Assembly (NCBI GenBank): GCA_000002445.1
Contig: CP000071.1
Span: forward strand, 1,472,001-1,536,000
DNA from: Trypanosoma brucei
Lineage: Eukaryota
Length of the DNA stretch: 64,000 nucleotides
Reading direction: 5' to 3'
The notes under the pieces were generated by a model. That model was not told the origin of the DNA. It ran no database searches and worked only from the letters and a program-made list of their open reading frames with translations. Every line of letters begins with the position of its first letter. The stretch's first letter is position 1. This document shows positions 1 through 11,082 of the stretch, piece after piece. A program made the translations under genes and the position numbers.

Positions 1-1
1 G

Positions 2-2602
2 CTTTGCCTTCAATCAGGTGGGGTGTCCTGTTGGCTTGGTGACTCTCCGCAGCAGCAGTACGTTAGTTGTTGGTTATTCATGCAATCTTTACTCTCGGTG
101 GCTTCGGTATGCCTACTGCGGTTGGGCAGTCGAATCTTCTCGTTTGCACGCCCCGTGCTTGTGGAAGTCGGGCGGCGTTTGGCAAAGGATATTGAGGTCC
201 AGTTCGAGGCGAAGTTGCTGCGGGCATCCGGATGGGCTCCGTGGACTGATGCACAGATGTTCGGTGAACAGCACCGGGCCATTTACACTGCGTCCGACTA
301 CGCCCGGACGCACATGCCTGTCGTTGCTCGCGCATTCACAGCAGCAATGCTCAACATACTATTACTGAACACATTGAGAGCAGCGAACCGCGAGGTGAAT
401 TTGTGTCGCAGTCCCGTTGCTGCCGTTATTTTCAGCGGGGAAAAGGCTGAGGAATACAAGGGCTGTGCAGTAAAAGGTGGATTAGACTCACCTATGGAGT
501 GTGTTCAGCGCGAGTCGCAATTACGCGGTGGGCCCAGCGTGCGGCGCAGTATGCGTCCCTATGCACAAGAGGCCATGTCATTAATAGCTCTTTTGCATGA
601 TGAAGGTACCCAAATGCTTGCTCGACGGCAGGCGCTCATGGAAGAGTTCTTGTGCAGGCGGAAAGATTTCGATGACTGTGGAGCAAACGAGCTCAACAAC
701 CCCCAAAACCGAAGAAGAAGCTCCGGGGGCGTTATCTTGCCATCATTCCACGACGAAAAGATTCATGTTTTTGAGAAATTACTTCCACACGGGTCCATCT
801 CCGTTTGTGGTGACGGTGTCGGATTGCTTCTTCGCGTGCTACTGGAGGGCGGGTCTGCATACGGGGCGTTGCGCCTCGCCGCATCTGCGGTTCACGTAGG
901 AAGAGCGCTAAGGTTTGCGGCGCGCCAGCCCATGCCACACGTTCATCTAGGCGAAAAGGTAAAGCACAAACACATGCGAAACAGTAGAACAGGTCGCAAG
1001 TACACTGTTCGTGTCCGTGTCCCTGTTCTTCGTAGCACTGATCCCGACATGGAATGCCGAATGCACCGAAAGGGACAAAGTGGAGGAGCGCACCCCATTG
1101 CATTGTATTTGCGGCTCAACCAGCAAACAGTGGAAGAGATGGTCCGCCTCGCACTTCGCATGGGGGGCGCTGGAGAGCGTCTACTGAGCGGCGTAGTTGA
1201 CGACTGCGTACGGGGTTTACTCCTGGATTACGGGAAGTCACGCTGTTTACCTGCGGTAAAAGGCTCGGATGTGCACGATGATGGGGCGATTGCAGGAGAT
1301 TTAGGCGCACGCGAGCTGCAGGGAATCTTGTCCGTTGTAGTGGGTACCAACAGTAATTCGCAGCTTTTGTCCGTGGCTGATGAAGCCCAGCAGCGCGCCG
1401 TGGAGGGTTACCGTGTCCCTCCAACAGCATTGTTGGTCGAGCTCCTTGTGGCCCTTACACCTCAAGCGGGGCGCGGGGTGCACGAGCGGTGCACACGTTT
1501 ATGCGCAATGGACCCTCATCTAGTAAGCGAAAGAACACTCCTGGCGAAGCAGTGCCACACGGCAGGCGAAAGTTTTGCTAGGGCAAATGACGATGCTTCC
1601 GCGGCATGGTTGAGTTACCTCAACTCAGGAGTTGCTGTCGATTCAGGGGCGGTTAGTGTTTCGTTTCTCCGAAAGGAGGCTGAGCGACTACCTGTGGTTG
1701 ATAGTGTTGCTGCGTCGTTGAACAGGCCCCCGCTTCCTCGCAACGTAGAGGAGCTAAGAAGACAGCTCACGCAAACGGTTGATGCCGTCGGTTGTGCTCA
1801 GGACAGGCGACAAAACGAGGCAGCGTGGAGTTTGTCACGGGGGTTTGCCGTACGCGTGCAAGACCCAAACTCAATGCATGGAGTTTGGTGGGCTGTGATG
1901 TGTGGAGCAATTCTTGGTGCAAGCGACGACGCGCTGGCCGGCAAACAACGACCATGGGCACGGTTGCTTCTGCGCAACGCCTTCCACGTGGCCCAACAGT
2001 TCGCAGCACCACAGGATCGCGCCCGCTACGGCCAGGCAACGGTAAGGGCATTTATTCTCTCCGGCATATTTGAATTGACATCGACACCCCGTAGCCCTAC
2101 CGATGTTAGTTGTCGAAGGAAACACCTACCGTGGCAGCTCCCTGTAGTTCACGACCTCAACCTCTTTTTAGCTGCCCAGGTGCACCTCGCACAGCGGCTA
2201 CACAAACTGTATCCCAACAGTGTGATCACGAATGATTGTGGTATTAACAAACAACTGCAACTTTTTGGTCATCTAAAATTGTCGACAAAACTTGAAGACC
2301 ACCACATTGAGGCGACTGCGTGTTGGAGTCTACTTGAACCATTAACTGAACACAGCGAGTTAGCGATAACATGGCTGCAGGAATCACTGTTTCATACTCC
2401 TCAAGGACTGCTCGCATGGATCATCGCCTGCACTAACAACAATTGCAACCAAACGGCTTTTGTGATGGCCGCATGGGTGACACTTTTATGCCGCACTGAA
2501 AAGGTAGGTGGGACATTCAATAAACATGTCCAACAACATCTACGGTCCAAATGCACAAAAAAACAAGTGGAACAACTTCTGTTGCTTGATCACTGCAATT
2601 AA
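2..2602 (+). CDS. Hypothetical protein, 5'-partial. The reading frame is open back to the window edge. The ORF-track start at 23 is a GTG, not an ATG.
   Basis: Uninterrupted + strand ORF of about 860 codons with the GC-rich codon bias typical of trypanosome coding DNA. There is no in-frame stop between position 2 and the tracked start. I recognised no conserved motif. Confidence 0.5.
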   Translation, partial: LCLQSGGVSCWLGDSPQQQYVSCWLFMQSLLSVASVCLLRLGSRIFSFARPVLVEVGRRLAKDIEVQFEAKLLRASGWAPWTDAQMFGEQHRAIYTASDYARTHMPVVARAFTAAMLNILLLNTLRAANREVNLCRSPVAAVIFSGEKAEEYKGCAVKGGLDSPMECVQRESQLRGGPSVRRSMRPYAQEAMSLIALLHDEGTQMLARRQALMEEFLCRRKDFDDCGANELNNPQNRRRSSGGVILPSFHDEKIHVFEKLLPHGSISVCGDGVGLLLRVLLEGGSAYGALRLAASAVHVGRALRFAARQPMPHVHLGEKVKHKHMRNSRTGRKYTVRVRVPVLRSTDPDMECRMHRKGQSGGAHPIALYLRLNQQTVEEMVRLALRMGGAGERLLSGVVDDCVRGLLLDYGKSRCLPAVKGSDVHDDGAIAGDLGARELQGILSVVVGTNSNSQLLSVADEAQQRAVEGYRVPPTALLVELLVALTPQAGRGVHERCTRLCAMDPHLVSERTLLAKQCHTAGESFARANDDASAAWLSYLNSGVAVDSGAVSVSFLRKEAERLPVVDSVAASLNRPPLPRNVEELRRQLTQTVDAVGCAQDRRQNEAAWSLSRGFAVRVQDPNSMHGVWWAVMCGAILGASDDALAGKQRPWARLLLRNAFHVAQQFAAPQDRARYGQATVRAFILSGIFELTSTPRSPTDVSCRRKHLPWQLPVVHDLNLFLAAQVHLAQRLHKLYPNSVITNDCGINKQLQLFGHLKLSTKLEDHHIEATACWSLLEPLTEHSELAITWLQESLFHTPQGLLAWIIACTNNNCNQTAFVMAAWVTLLCRTEKVGGTFNKHVQQHLRSKCTKKQVEQLLLLDHCN

Positions 2603-2817
2603 AATCCAAAGAAAGCGCGGACTTGCATAGGGCATCTACAAGGGAAAACGAAACGCATAAAAAAAATTAATTTTAAAAAAAAGAAATAACTTCCACAACC
2701 AAAATATAAAAAAAAACATGAATACCACCATATAAATCAATCACTTTTTTTCACCAACATATAGTATCAAATAATAAGAGAATTAACTTTGTAGATAAAG
2801 AAAGCAATAAAGCATCA

Positions 2818-4620
2818 ATGAGCGGAAAGGAAGTTGAAGGTGTTGTGAGTCCTGCGGACCAGCAGCAGCCAGCCGTCCCGGAGGTAACAGATATCACGCT
2901 GGAGGCCGCCCGCAAGCAGAAAATTCACAACCTGAAGTTGAAGACCGCCTGCCTTTCGAATGAGGAATATGTCCAGGACCTGCACGTATCCGAGTGGAGT
3001 GAGACGCAGAAGCAGAAGCTGCAGGCTGCACACGAGAAAGCGCATGAATTGCTTGCCTCAGTGGAGGGTGGGACGAAGTGGAGCCTGACAGAGGCGTATG
3101 ACATCAAGAAGCTGATGCGCGTCTGTGGTCTTGAGATGTCTGTGCGTGAACTGTACAAGCCGGAGGACAAGCCACAGTTCATGGAGATTGTTGCACTCAA
3201 GAAGACAATGAACGAACTGAAGCAACATCACAACAAGACTCGCACGGTGTCTTTCACCGGCATGATCGACAATGCCATCGCCAAACTGGAGAAAATCGAA
3301 GACGAACTGCGCCGGTCCCAGCTCGACGCTTCTGAGATGGCGCAAGTTCCTGTGGCTGCACTGAAGAATATTGAGGACACGATGAACGTGGCTGTTGTGC
3401 AGACGGCTCTTCTTGGGAACGAGGAGCAGATCAAAGCCCAACTTGCAGCCGTTGAGAAGGCGAACGAAATCCGTAATGTTGCCATTGCCGATGGTGAGAT
3501 GGCGATTGCTGAGGAACAGTATTACATTAAGGCGCAGCTGTTGGAGCACCTTGTGGAGCTTGTGGCCGACAAGTTTCGCATCATTGGGCAAACTGAGGAT
3601 GAGAATAAGAGCTTCAGTAAGATCCACGAGGTACAGAAGAAGTCATTTCAGGAATCTGCCTCAATCAAGGACGCGAAGCGCCGCCTTAAGCAACACTGCG
3701 AGGACGACCTACGTAACCTTCACGATGCCATCCAGAAAGCTGACTTGGAGGACGCCGAAGCCATGAAACGGTTCGCCACGCAGAAGGAGAAGTCGGAGCG
3801 GTTCATCCACGAGAACCTCGACAAACAGGACGAGGCATGGCGTCGCATTCAGGAACTGGAGCGCGTGTTGCAGCGCCTTGGGACGGAGCGTTTTGAAGAG
3901 GTGAAGCGCCGTATTGAGGAGAACGACCGCGAGGAGAAGCGTAAGGTGGAGTACCAACAGTTCCTCGATGTATGTGGCCAGCATAAAAAGCTGCTGGAAC
4001 TGTCTGTGTACAACTGCGACCTTGCGCTTCGCTGCATGGGTATGCTGGAGGAGATCGTAGCCGAGGGCTGCAGTGCCGTCAAGTCACGCCATGACAAGAC
4101 GAACGATGAGTTGTCTGACCTTCGGCTGCAGGTGCACCAGGAGTACCTGGAGGCATTCCGTCGCCTGTACAAAACTCTTGGCCAGCTTGTGTACAAGAAA
4201 GAAAAGCGCCTGGAGGAGATTGATCGCAACATCCGCACCACACACATTCAACTGGAGTTTGCCATTGAGACCTTTGACCCCAACGCGAAACTACACTCCG
4301 ACAAGAAGAAAGACCTATACAAACTTCGTGCGCAGGTGGAGGAAGAGTTGGAGATGCTGAAGGACAAGATGGCGCAGGCGTTGGAGATGTTTGGACCTAC
4401 TGAGGATGCGCTGAACCAGGCTGGTATCGATTTTGTTCACCCTGCTGAGGAGGTTGAGTCCGGCAACATGGATCGCCGCAGCAAGATGGTGGAGTACCGT
4501 GCACACCTGGCGAAGCAGGAGGAGGTGAAGATTGCCGCGGAGCGCGAGGAGCTGAAACGATCTAAGATGCTCCAGAGCCAGCAGTACCGCGGCCGCACGA
4601 TGCCGCAGATCACTCAGTAG
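2818..4620 (+). CDS. PFR2: Paraflagellar rod protein 2 (PFR2/PFR-A, 69 kDa), copy 1 of 5.
   Basis: 600-aa coiled-coil protein MSGKEVEGVVSPADQQQ...QQYRGRTMPQITQ, recognised from memory as T. brucei PFR2. ATG start. Five identical copies in tandem, as known for this locus. Confidence 0.93.
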   Translation: MSGKEVEGVVSPADQQQPAVPEVTDITLEAARKQKIHNLKLKTACLSNEEYVQDLHVSEWSETQKQKLQAAHEKAHELLASVEGGTKWSLTEAYDIKKLMRVCGLEMSVRELYKPEDKPQFMEIVALKKTMNELKQHHNKTRTVSFTGMIDNAIAKLEKIEDELRRSQLDASEMAQVPVAALKNIEDTMNVAVVQTALLGNEEQIKAQLAAVEKANEIRNVAIADGEMAIAEEQYYIKAQLLEHLVELVADKFRIIGQTEDENKSFSKIHEVQKKSFQESASIKDAKRRLKQHCEDDLRNLHDAIQKADLEDAEAMKRFATQKEKSERFIHENLDKQDEAWRRIQELERVLQRLGTERFEEVKRRIEENDREEKRKVEYQQFLDVCGQHKKLLELSVYNCDLALRCMGMLEEIVAEGCSAVKSRHDKTNDELSDLRLQVHQEYLEAFRRLYKTLGQLVYKKEKRLEEIDRNIRTTHIQLEFAIETFDPNAKLHSDKKKDLYKLRAQVEEELEMLKDKMAQALEMFGPTEDALNQAGIDFVHPAEEVESGNMDRRSKMVEYRAHLAKQEEVKIAAEREELKRSKMLQSQQYRGRTMPQITQ

Positions 4621-4840
4621 CGCTGCGCTTAAATGTCTTTCATTATAATCAATGTATAACCTTTATGTAGTATTTCAATCTATGCCGCTGTGTACGTGCA
4701 CTGCGGTGCCTATCCTTCGGCATTAGAGAGTCACTGTTTGTGTAGATCGTAGCTGCATGTCTGACATCTGGTTCATTAGTGCCGTTTTGAGTCTGCACTG
4801 TTGTGCAACTTGATATGCATCACTGCACACCAACCGTGTG

Positions 4841-4907
4841 TTTCCTCCTTTGGGTGCACCCTTTAATCCTTGTCTTCTCCTTTTTTGTCTCTTTCCCCCT
4901 CGAAAAG
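4841..4907 (+). promoter_or_regulatory. Polypyrimidine tract plus AG dinucleotide, the predicted SL trans-splice acceptor region for PFR2 copy 2. The same element recurs at +2154, +4308 and +6462 (6995-7061, 9149-9215, 11303-11369).
   Basis: About 60 nt of C/T-rich sequence (tttcctcctttgggtgcaccctttaatccttgtcttctccttttttgtctctttccccct) followed by cgaaaAG. It lies about 65 nt upstream of the ATG, the canonical trypanosomatid processing-signal layout. Confidence 0.6.
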
Positions 4908-4971
4908 GTGTCAAACTACTGCCGCATAAACTACGGTTATCCCAAATTTAAGAGAAAGCAATAAAGCATCA

Positions 4972-6774
4972 ATGAGCGGAAAGGAAGTTGAAGGTGTTGT
5001 GAGTCCTGCGGACCAGCAGCAGCCAGCCGTCCCGGAGGTAACAGATATCACGCTGGAGGCCGCCCGCAAGCAGAAAATTCACAACCTGAAGTTGAAGACC
5101 GCCTGCCTTTCGAATGAGGAATATGTCCAGGACCTGCACGTATCCGAGTGGAGTGAGACGCAGAAGCAGAAGCTGCAGGCTGCACACGAGAAAGCGCATG
5201 AATTGCTTGCCTCAGTGGAGGGTGGGACGAAGTGGAGCCTGACAGAGGCGTATGACATCAAGAAGCTGATGCGCGTCTGTGGTCTTGAGATGTCTGTGCG
5301 TGAACTGTACAAGCCGGAGGACAAGCCACAGTTCATGGAGATTGTTGCACTCAAGAAGACAATGAACGAACTGAAGCAACATCACAACAAGACTCGCACG
5401 GTGTCTTTCACCGGCATGATCGACAATGCCATCGCCAAACTGGAGAAAATCGAAGACGAACTGCGCCGGTCCCAGCTCGACGCTTCTGAGATGGCGCAAG
5501 TTCCTGTGGCTGCACTGAAGAATATTGAGGACACGATGAACGTGGCTGTTGTGCAGACGGCTCTTCTTGGGAACGAGGAGCAGATCAAAGCCCAACTTGC
5601 AGCCGTTGAGAAGGCGAACGAAATCCGTAATGTTGCCATTGCCGATGGTGAGATGGCGATTGCTGAGGAACAGTATTACATTAAGGCGCAGCTGTTGGAG
5701 CACCTTGTGGAGCTTGTGGCCGACAAGTTTCGCATCATTGGGCAAACTGAGGATGAGAATAAGAGCTTCAGTAAGATCCACGAGGTACAGAAGAAGTCAT
5801 TTCAGGAATCTGCCTCAATCAAGGACGCGAAGCGCCGCCTTAAGCAACACTGCGAGGACGACCTACGTAACCTTCACGATGCCATCCAGAAAGCTGACTT
5901 GGAGGACGCCGAAGCCATGAAACGGTTCGCCACGCAGAAGGAGAAGTCGGAGCGGTTCATCCACGAGAACCTCGACAAACAGGACGAGGCATGGCGTCGC
6001 ATTCAGGAACTGGAGCGCGTGTTGCAGCGCCTTGGGACGGAGCGTTTTGAAGAGGTGAAGCGCCGTATTGAGGAGAACGACCGCGAGGAGAAGCGTAAGG
6101 TGGAGTACCAACAGTTCCTCGATGTATGTGGCCAGCATAAAAAGCTGCTGGAACTGTCTGTGTACAACTGCGACCTTGCGCTTCGCTGCATGGGTATGCT
6201 GGAGGAGATCGTAGCCGAGGGCTGCAGTGCCGTCAAGTCACGCCATGACAAGACGAACGATGAGTTGTCTGACCTTCGGCTGCAGGTGCACCAGGAGTAC
6301 CTGGAGGCATTCCGTCGCCTGTACAAAACTCTTGGCCAGCTTGTGTACAAGAAAGAAAAGCGCCTGGAGGAGATTGATCGCAACATCCGCACCACACACA
6401 TTCAACTGGAGTTTGCCATTGAGACCTTTGACCCCAACGCGAAACTACACTCCGACAAGAAGAAAGACCTATACAAACTTCGTGCGCAGGTGGAGGAAGA
6501 GTTGGAGATGCTGAAGGACAAGATGGCGCAGGCGTTGGAGATGTTTGGACCTACTGAGGATGCGCTGAACCAGGCTGGTATCGATTTTGTTCACCCTGCT
6601 GAGGAGGTTGAGTCCGGCAACATGGATCGCCGCAGCAAGATGGTGGAGTACCGTGCACACCTGGCGAAGCAGGAGGAGGTGAAGATTGCCGCGGAGCGCG
6701 AGGAGCTGAAACGATCTAAGATGCTCCAGAGCCAGCAGTACCGCGGCCGCACGATGCCGCAGATCACTCAGTAG
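4972..6774 (+). CDS. PFR2: Paraflagellar rod protein 2, copy 2 of 5.
   Basis: Protein identical to copy 1, offset by 2154 bp. Confidence 0.93.
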   Translation: MSGKEVEGVVSPADQQQPAVPEVTDITLEAARKQKIHNLKLKTACLSNEEYVQDLHVSEWSETQKQKLQAAHEKAHELLASVEGGTKWSLTEAYDIKKLMRVCGLEMSVRELYKPEDKPQFMEIVALKKTMNELKQHHNKTRTVSFTGMIDNAIAKLEKIEDELRRSQLDASEMAQVPVAALKNIEDTMNVAVVQTALLGNEEQIKAQLAAVEKANEIRNVAIADGEMAIAEEQYYIKAQLLEHLVELVADKFRIIGQTEDENKSFSKIHEVQKKSFQESASIKDAKRRLKQHCEDDLRNLHDAIQKADLEDAEAMKRFATQKEKSERFIHENLDKQDEAWRRIQELERVLQRLGTERFEEVKRRIEENDREEKRKVEYQQFLDVCGQHKKLLELSVYNCDLALRCMGMLEEIVAEGCSAVKSRHDKTNDELSDLRLQVHQEYLEAFRRLYKTLGQLVYKKEKRLEEIDRNIRTTHIQLEFAIETFDPNAKLHSDKKKDLYKLRAQVEEELEMLKDKMAQALEMFGPTEDALNQAGIDFVHPAEEVESGNMDRRSKMVEYRAHLAKQEEVKIAAEREELKRSKMLQSQQYRGRTMPQITQ

Positions 6775-7125
6775 CGCTGCGCTTAAGTGTCTTTCATTAT
6801 AATCAATGTATAACCTTTATGTAGTATTTCAATCTATGCCGCTGTGTACGTGCACTGCGGTGCCTATCCTTCGGCATTAGAGAGTCACTGTTTGTGTAGA
6901 TCGTAGCTGCATGTCTGACATCTGGTTCATTAGTGCCGTTTTGAGTCTGCACTGTTGTGCAACTTGATATGCATCACTGCACACCAACCGTGTGTTTCCT
7001 CCTTTGGGTGCACCCTTTAATCCTTGTCTTCTCCTTTTTTGTCTCTTTCCCCCTCGAAAAGGTGTCAAACTACTGCCGCATAAACTACGGTTATCCCAAA
7101 TTTAAGAGAAAGCAATAAAGCATCA

Positions 7126-8928
7126 ATGAGCGGAAAGGAAGTTGAAGGTGTTGTGAGTCCTGCGGACCAGCAGCAGCCAGCCGTCCCGGAGGTAACAGAT
7201 ATCACGCTGGAGGCCGCCCGCAAGCAGAAAATTCACAACCTGAAGTTGAAGACCGCCTGCCTTTCGAATGAGGAATATGTCCAGGACCTGCACGTATCCG
7301 AGTGGAGTGAGACGCAGAAGCAGAAGCTGCAGGCTGCACACGAGAAAGCGCATGAATTGCTTGCCTCAGTGGAGGGTGGGACGAAGTGGAGCCTGACAGA
7401 GGCGTATGACATCAAGAAGCTGATGCGCGTCTGTGGTCTTGAGATGTCTGTGCGTGAACTGTACAAGCCGGAGGACAAGCCACAGTTCATGGAGATTGTT
7501 GCACTCAAGAAGACAATGAACGAACTGAAGCAACATCACAACAAGACTCGCACGGTGTCTTTCACCGGCATGATCGACAATGCCATCGCCAAACTGGAGA
7601 AAATCGAAGACGAACTGCGCCGGTCCCAGCTCGACGCTTCTGAGATGGCGCAAGTTCCTGTGGCTGCACTGAAGAATATTGAGGACACGATGAACGTGGC
7701 TGTTGTGCAGACGGCTCTTCTTGGGAACGAGGAGCAGATCAAAGCCCAACTTGCAGCCGTTGAGAAGGCGAACGAAATCCGTAATGTTGCCATTGCCGAT
7801 GGTGAGATGGCGATTGCTGAGGAACAGTATTACATTAAGGCGCAGCTGTTGGAGCACCTTGTGGAGCTTGTGGCCGACAAGTTTCGCATCATTGGGCAAA
7901 CTGAGGATGAGAATAAGAGCTTCAGTAAGATCCACGAGGTACAGAAGAAGTCATTTCAGGAATCTGCCTCAATCAAGGACGCGAAGCGCCGCCTTAAGCA
8001 ACACTGCGAGGACGACCTACGTAACCTTCACGATGCCATCCAGAAAGCTGACTTGGAGGACGCCGAAGCCATGAAACGGTTCGCCACGCAGAAGGAGAAG
8101 TCGGAGCGGTTCATCCACGAGAACCTCGACAAACAGGACGAGGCATGGCGTCGCATTCAGGAACTGGAGCGCGTGTTGCAGCGCCTTGGGACGGAGCGTT
8201 TTGAAGAGGTGAAGCGCCGTATTGAGGAGAACGACCGCGAGGAGAAGCGTAAGGTGGAGTACCAACAGTTCCTCGATGTATGTGGCCAGCATAAAAAGCT
8301 GCTGGAACTGTCTGTGTACAACTGCGACCTTGCGCTTCGCTGCATGGGTATGCTGGAGGAGATCGTAGCCGAGGGCTGCAGTGCCGTCAAGTCACGCCAT
8401 GACAAGACGAACGATGAGTTGTCTGACCTTCGGCTGCAGGTGCACCAGGAGTACCTGGAGGCATTCCGTCGCCTGTACAAAACTCTTGGCCAGCTTGTGT
8501 ACAAGAAAGAAAAGCGCCTGGAGGAGATTGATCGCAACATCCGCACCACACACATTCAACTGGAGTTTGCCATTGAGACCTTTGACCCCAACGCGAAACT
8601 ACACTCCGACAAGAAGAAAGACCTATACAAACTTCGTGCGCAGGTGGAGGAAGAGTTGGAGATGCTGAAGGACAAGATGGCGCAGGCGTTGGAGATGTTT
8701 GGACCTACTGAGGATGCGCTGAACCAGGCTGGTATCGATTTTGTTCACCCTGCTGAGGAGGTTGAGTCCGGCAACATGGATCGCCGCAGCAAGATGGTGG
8801 AGTACCGTGCACACCTGGCGAAGCAGGAGGAGGTGAAGATTGCCGCGGAGCGCGAGGAGCTGAAACGATCTAAGATGCTCCAGAGCCAGCAGTACCGCGG
8901 CCGCACGATGCCGCAGATCACTCAGTAG
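7126..8928 (+). CDS. PFR2: Paraflagellar rod protein 2, copy 3 of 5.
   Basis: Protein identical to copy 1, offset by 4308 bp. Confidence 0.93.
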   Translation: MSGKEVEGVVSPADQQQPAVPEVTDITLEAARKQKIHNLKLKTACLSNEEYVQDLHVSEWSETQKQKLQAAHEKAHELLASVEGGTKWSLTEAYDIKKLMRVCGLEMSVRELYKPEDKPQFMEIVALKKTMNELKQHHNKTRTVSFTGMIDNAIAKLEKIEDELRRSQLDASEMAQVPVAALKNIEDTMNVAVVQTALLGNEEQIKAQLAAVEKANEIRNVAIADGEMAIAEEQYYIKAQLLEHLVELVADKFRIIGQTEDENKSFSKIHEVQKKSFQESASIKDAKRRLKQHCEDDLRNLHDAIQKADLEDAEAMKRFATQKEKSERFIHENLDKQDEAWRRIQELERVLQRLGTERFEEVKRRIEENDREEKRKVEYQQFLDVCGQHKKLLELSVYNCDLALRCMGMLEEIVAEGCSAVKSRHDKTNDELSDLRLQVHQEYLEAFRRLYKTLGQLVYKKEKRLEEIDRNIRTTHIQLEFAIETFDPNAKLHSDKKKDLYKLRAQVEEELEMLKDKMAQALEMFGPTEDALNQAGIDFVHPAEEVESGNMDRRSKMVEYRAHLAKQEEVKIAAEREELKRSKMLQSQQYRGRTMPQITQ

Positions 8929-9279
8929 CGCTGCGCTTAAGTGTCTTTCATTATAATCAATGTATAACCTTTATGTAGTATTTCAATCTATGCCGCTGTG
9001 TACGTGCACTGCGGTGCCTATCCTTCGGCATTAGAGAGTCACTGTTTGTGTAGATCGTAGCTGCATGTCTGACATCTGGTTCATTAGTGCCGTTTTGAGT
9101 CTGCACTGTTGTGCAACTTGATATGCATCACTGCACACCAACCGTGTGTTTCCTCCTTTGGGTGCACCCTTTAATCCTTGTCTTCTCCTTTTTTGTCTCT
9201 TTCCCCCTCGAAAAGGTGTCAAACTACTGCCGCATAAACTACGGTTATCCCAAATTTAAGAGAAAGCAATAAAGCATCA

Positions 9280-11082
9280 ATGAGCGGAAAGGAAGTTGAA
9301 GGTGTTGTGAGTCCTGCGGACCAGCAGCAGCCAGCCGTCCCGGAGGTAACAGATATCACGCTGGAGGCCGCCCGCAAGCAGAAAATTCACAACCTGAAGT
9401 TGAAGACCGCCTGCCTTTCGAATGAGGAATATGTCCAGGACCTGCACGTATCCGAGTGGAGTGAGACGCAGAAGCAGAAGCTGCAGGCTGCACACGAGAA
9501 AGCGCATGAATTGCTTGCCTCAGTGGAGGGTGGGACGAAGTGGAGCCTGACAGAGGCGTATGACATCAAGAAGCTGATGCGCGTCTGTGGTCTTGAGATG
9601 TCTGTGCGTGAACTGTACAAGCCGGAGGACAAGCCACAGTTCATGGAGATTGTTGCACTCAAGAAGACAATGAACGAACTGAAGCAACATCACAACAAGA
9701 CTCGCACGGTGTCTTTCACCGGCATGATCGACAATGCCATCGCCAAACTGGAGAAAATCGAAGACGAACTGCGCCGGTCCCAGCTCGACGCTTCTGAGAT
9801 GGCGCAAGTTCCTGTGGCTGCACTGAAGAATATTGAGGACACGATGAACGTGGCTGTTGTGCAGACGGCTCTTCTTGGGAACGAGGAGCAGATCAAAGCC
9901 CAACTTGCAGCCGTTGAGAAGGCGAACGAAATCCGTAATGTTGCCATTGCCGATGGTGAGATGGCGATTGCTGAGGAACAGTATTACATTAAGGCGCAGC
10001 TGTTGGAGCACCTTGTGGAGCTTGTGGCCGACAAGTTTCGCATCATTGGGCAAACTGAGGATGAGAATAAGAGCTTCAGTAAGATCCACGAGGTACAGAA
10101 GAAGTCATTTCAGGAATCTGCCTCAATCAAGGACGCGAAGCGCCGCCTTAAGCAACACTGCGAGGACGACCTACGTAACCTTCACGATGCCATCCAGAAA
10201 GCTGACTTGGAGGACGCCGAAGCCATGAAACGGTTCGCCACGCAGAAGGAGAAGTCGGAGCGGTTCATCCACGAGAACCTCGACAAACAGGACGAGGCAT
10301 GGCGTCGCATTCAGGAACTGGAGCGCGTGTTGCAGCGCCTTGGGACGGAGCGTTTTGAAGAGGTGAAGCGCCGTATTGAGGAGAACGACCGCGAGGAGAA
10401 GCGTAAGGTGGAGTACCAACAGTTCCTCGATGTATGTGGCCAGCATAAAAAGCTGCTGGAACTGTCTGTGTACAACTGCGACCTTGCGCTTCGCTGCATG
10501 GGTATGCTGGAGGAGATCGTAGCCGAGGGCTGCAGTGCCGTCAAGTCACGCCATGACAAGACGAACGATGAGTTGTCTGACCTTCGGCTGCAGGTGCACC
10601 AGGAGTACCTGGAGGCATTCCGTCGCCTGTACAAAACTCTTGGCCAGCTTGTGTACAAGAAAGAAAAGCGCCTGGAGGAGATTGATCGCAACATCCGCAC
10701 CACACACATTCAACTGGAGTTTGCCATTGAGACCTTTGACCCCAACGCGAAACTACACTCCGACAAGAAGAAAGACCTATACAAACTTCGTGCGCAGGTG
10801 GAGGAAGAGTTGGAGATGCTGAAGGACAAGATGGCGCAGGCGTTGGAGATGTTTGGACCTACTGAGGATGCGCTGAACCAGGCTGGTATCGATTTTGTTC
10901 ACCCTGCTGAGGAGGTTGAGTCCGGCAACATGGATCGCCGCAGCAAGATGGTGGAGTACCGTGCACACCTGGCGAAGCAGGAGGAGGTGAAGATTGCCGC
11001 GGAGCGCGAGGAGCTGAAACGATCTAAGATGCTCCAGAGCCAGCAGTACCGCGGCCGCACGATGCCGCAGATCACTCAGTAG
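9280..11082 (+). CDS. PFR2: Paraflagellar rod protein 2, copy 4 of 5.
   Basis: Protein identical to copy 1, offset by 6462 bp. Confidence 0.93.
   Translation: MSGKEVEGVVSPADQQQPAVPEVTDITLEAARKQKIHNLKLKTACLSNEEYVQDLHVSEWSETQKQKLQAAHEKAHELLASVEGGTKWSLTEAYDIKKLMRVCGLEMSVRELYKPEDKPQFMEIVALKKTMNELKQHHNKTRTVSFTGMIDNAIAKLEKIEDELRRSQLDASEMAQVPVAALKNIEDTMNVAVVQTALLGNEEQIKAQLAAVEKANEIRNVAIADGEMAIAEEQYYIKAQLLEHLVELVADKFRIIGQTEDENKSFSKIHEVQKKSFQESASIKDAKRRLKQHCEDDLRNLHDAIQKADLEDAEAMKRFATQKEKSERFIHENLDKQDEAWRRIQELERVLQRLGTERFEEVKRRIEENDREEKRKVEYQQFLDVCGQHKKLLELSVYNCDLALRCMGMLEEIVAEGCSAVKSRHDKTNDELSDLRLQVHQEYLEAFRRLYKTLGQLVYKKEKRLEEIDRNIRTTHIQLEFAIETFDPNAKLHSDKKKDLYKLRAQVEEELEMLKDKMAQALEMFGPTEDALNQAGIDFVHPAEEVESGNMDRRSKMVEYRAHLAKQEEVKIAAEREELKRSKMLQSQQYRGRTMPQITQ

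Noticed and set aside
3058-3627. A set of minus-strand ORFs (76-189 aa) repeated five times inside the PFR2 units (e.g. 2815..3045, 3058..3627, 3849..4247).
   Set aside because: They are antisense to a very strong + strand coding ORF. They recur only because the DNA is repeated. Their composition (Leu/Arg/Ser-rich) is that of an out-of-frame reverse reading of a GC-rich coding region. Trypanosome PTUs are unidirectional.
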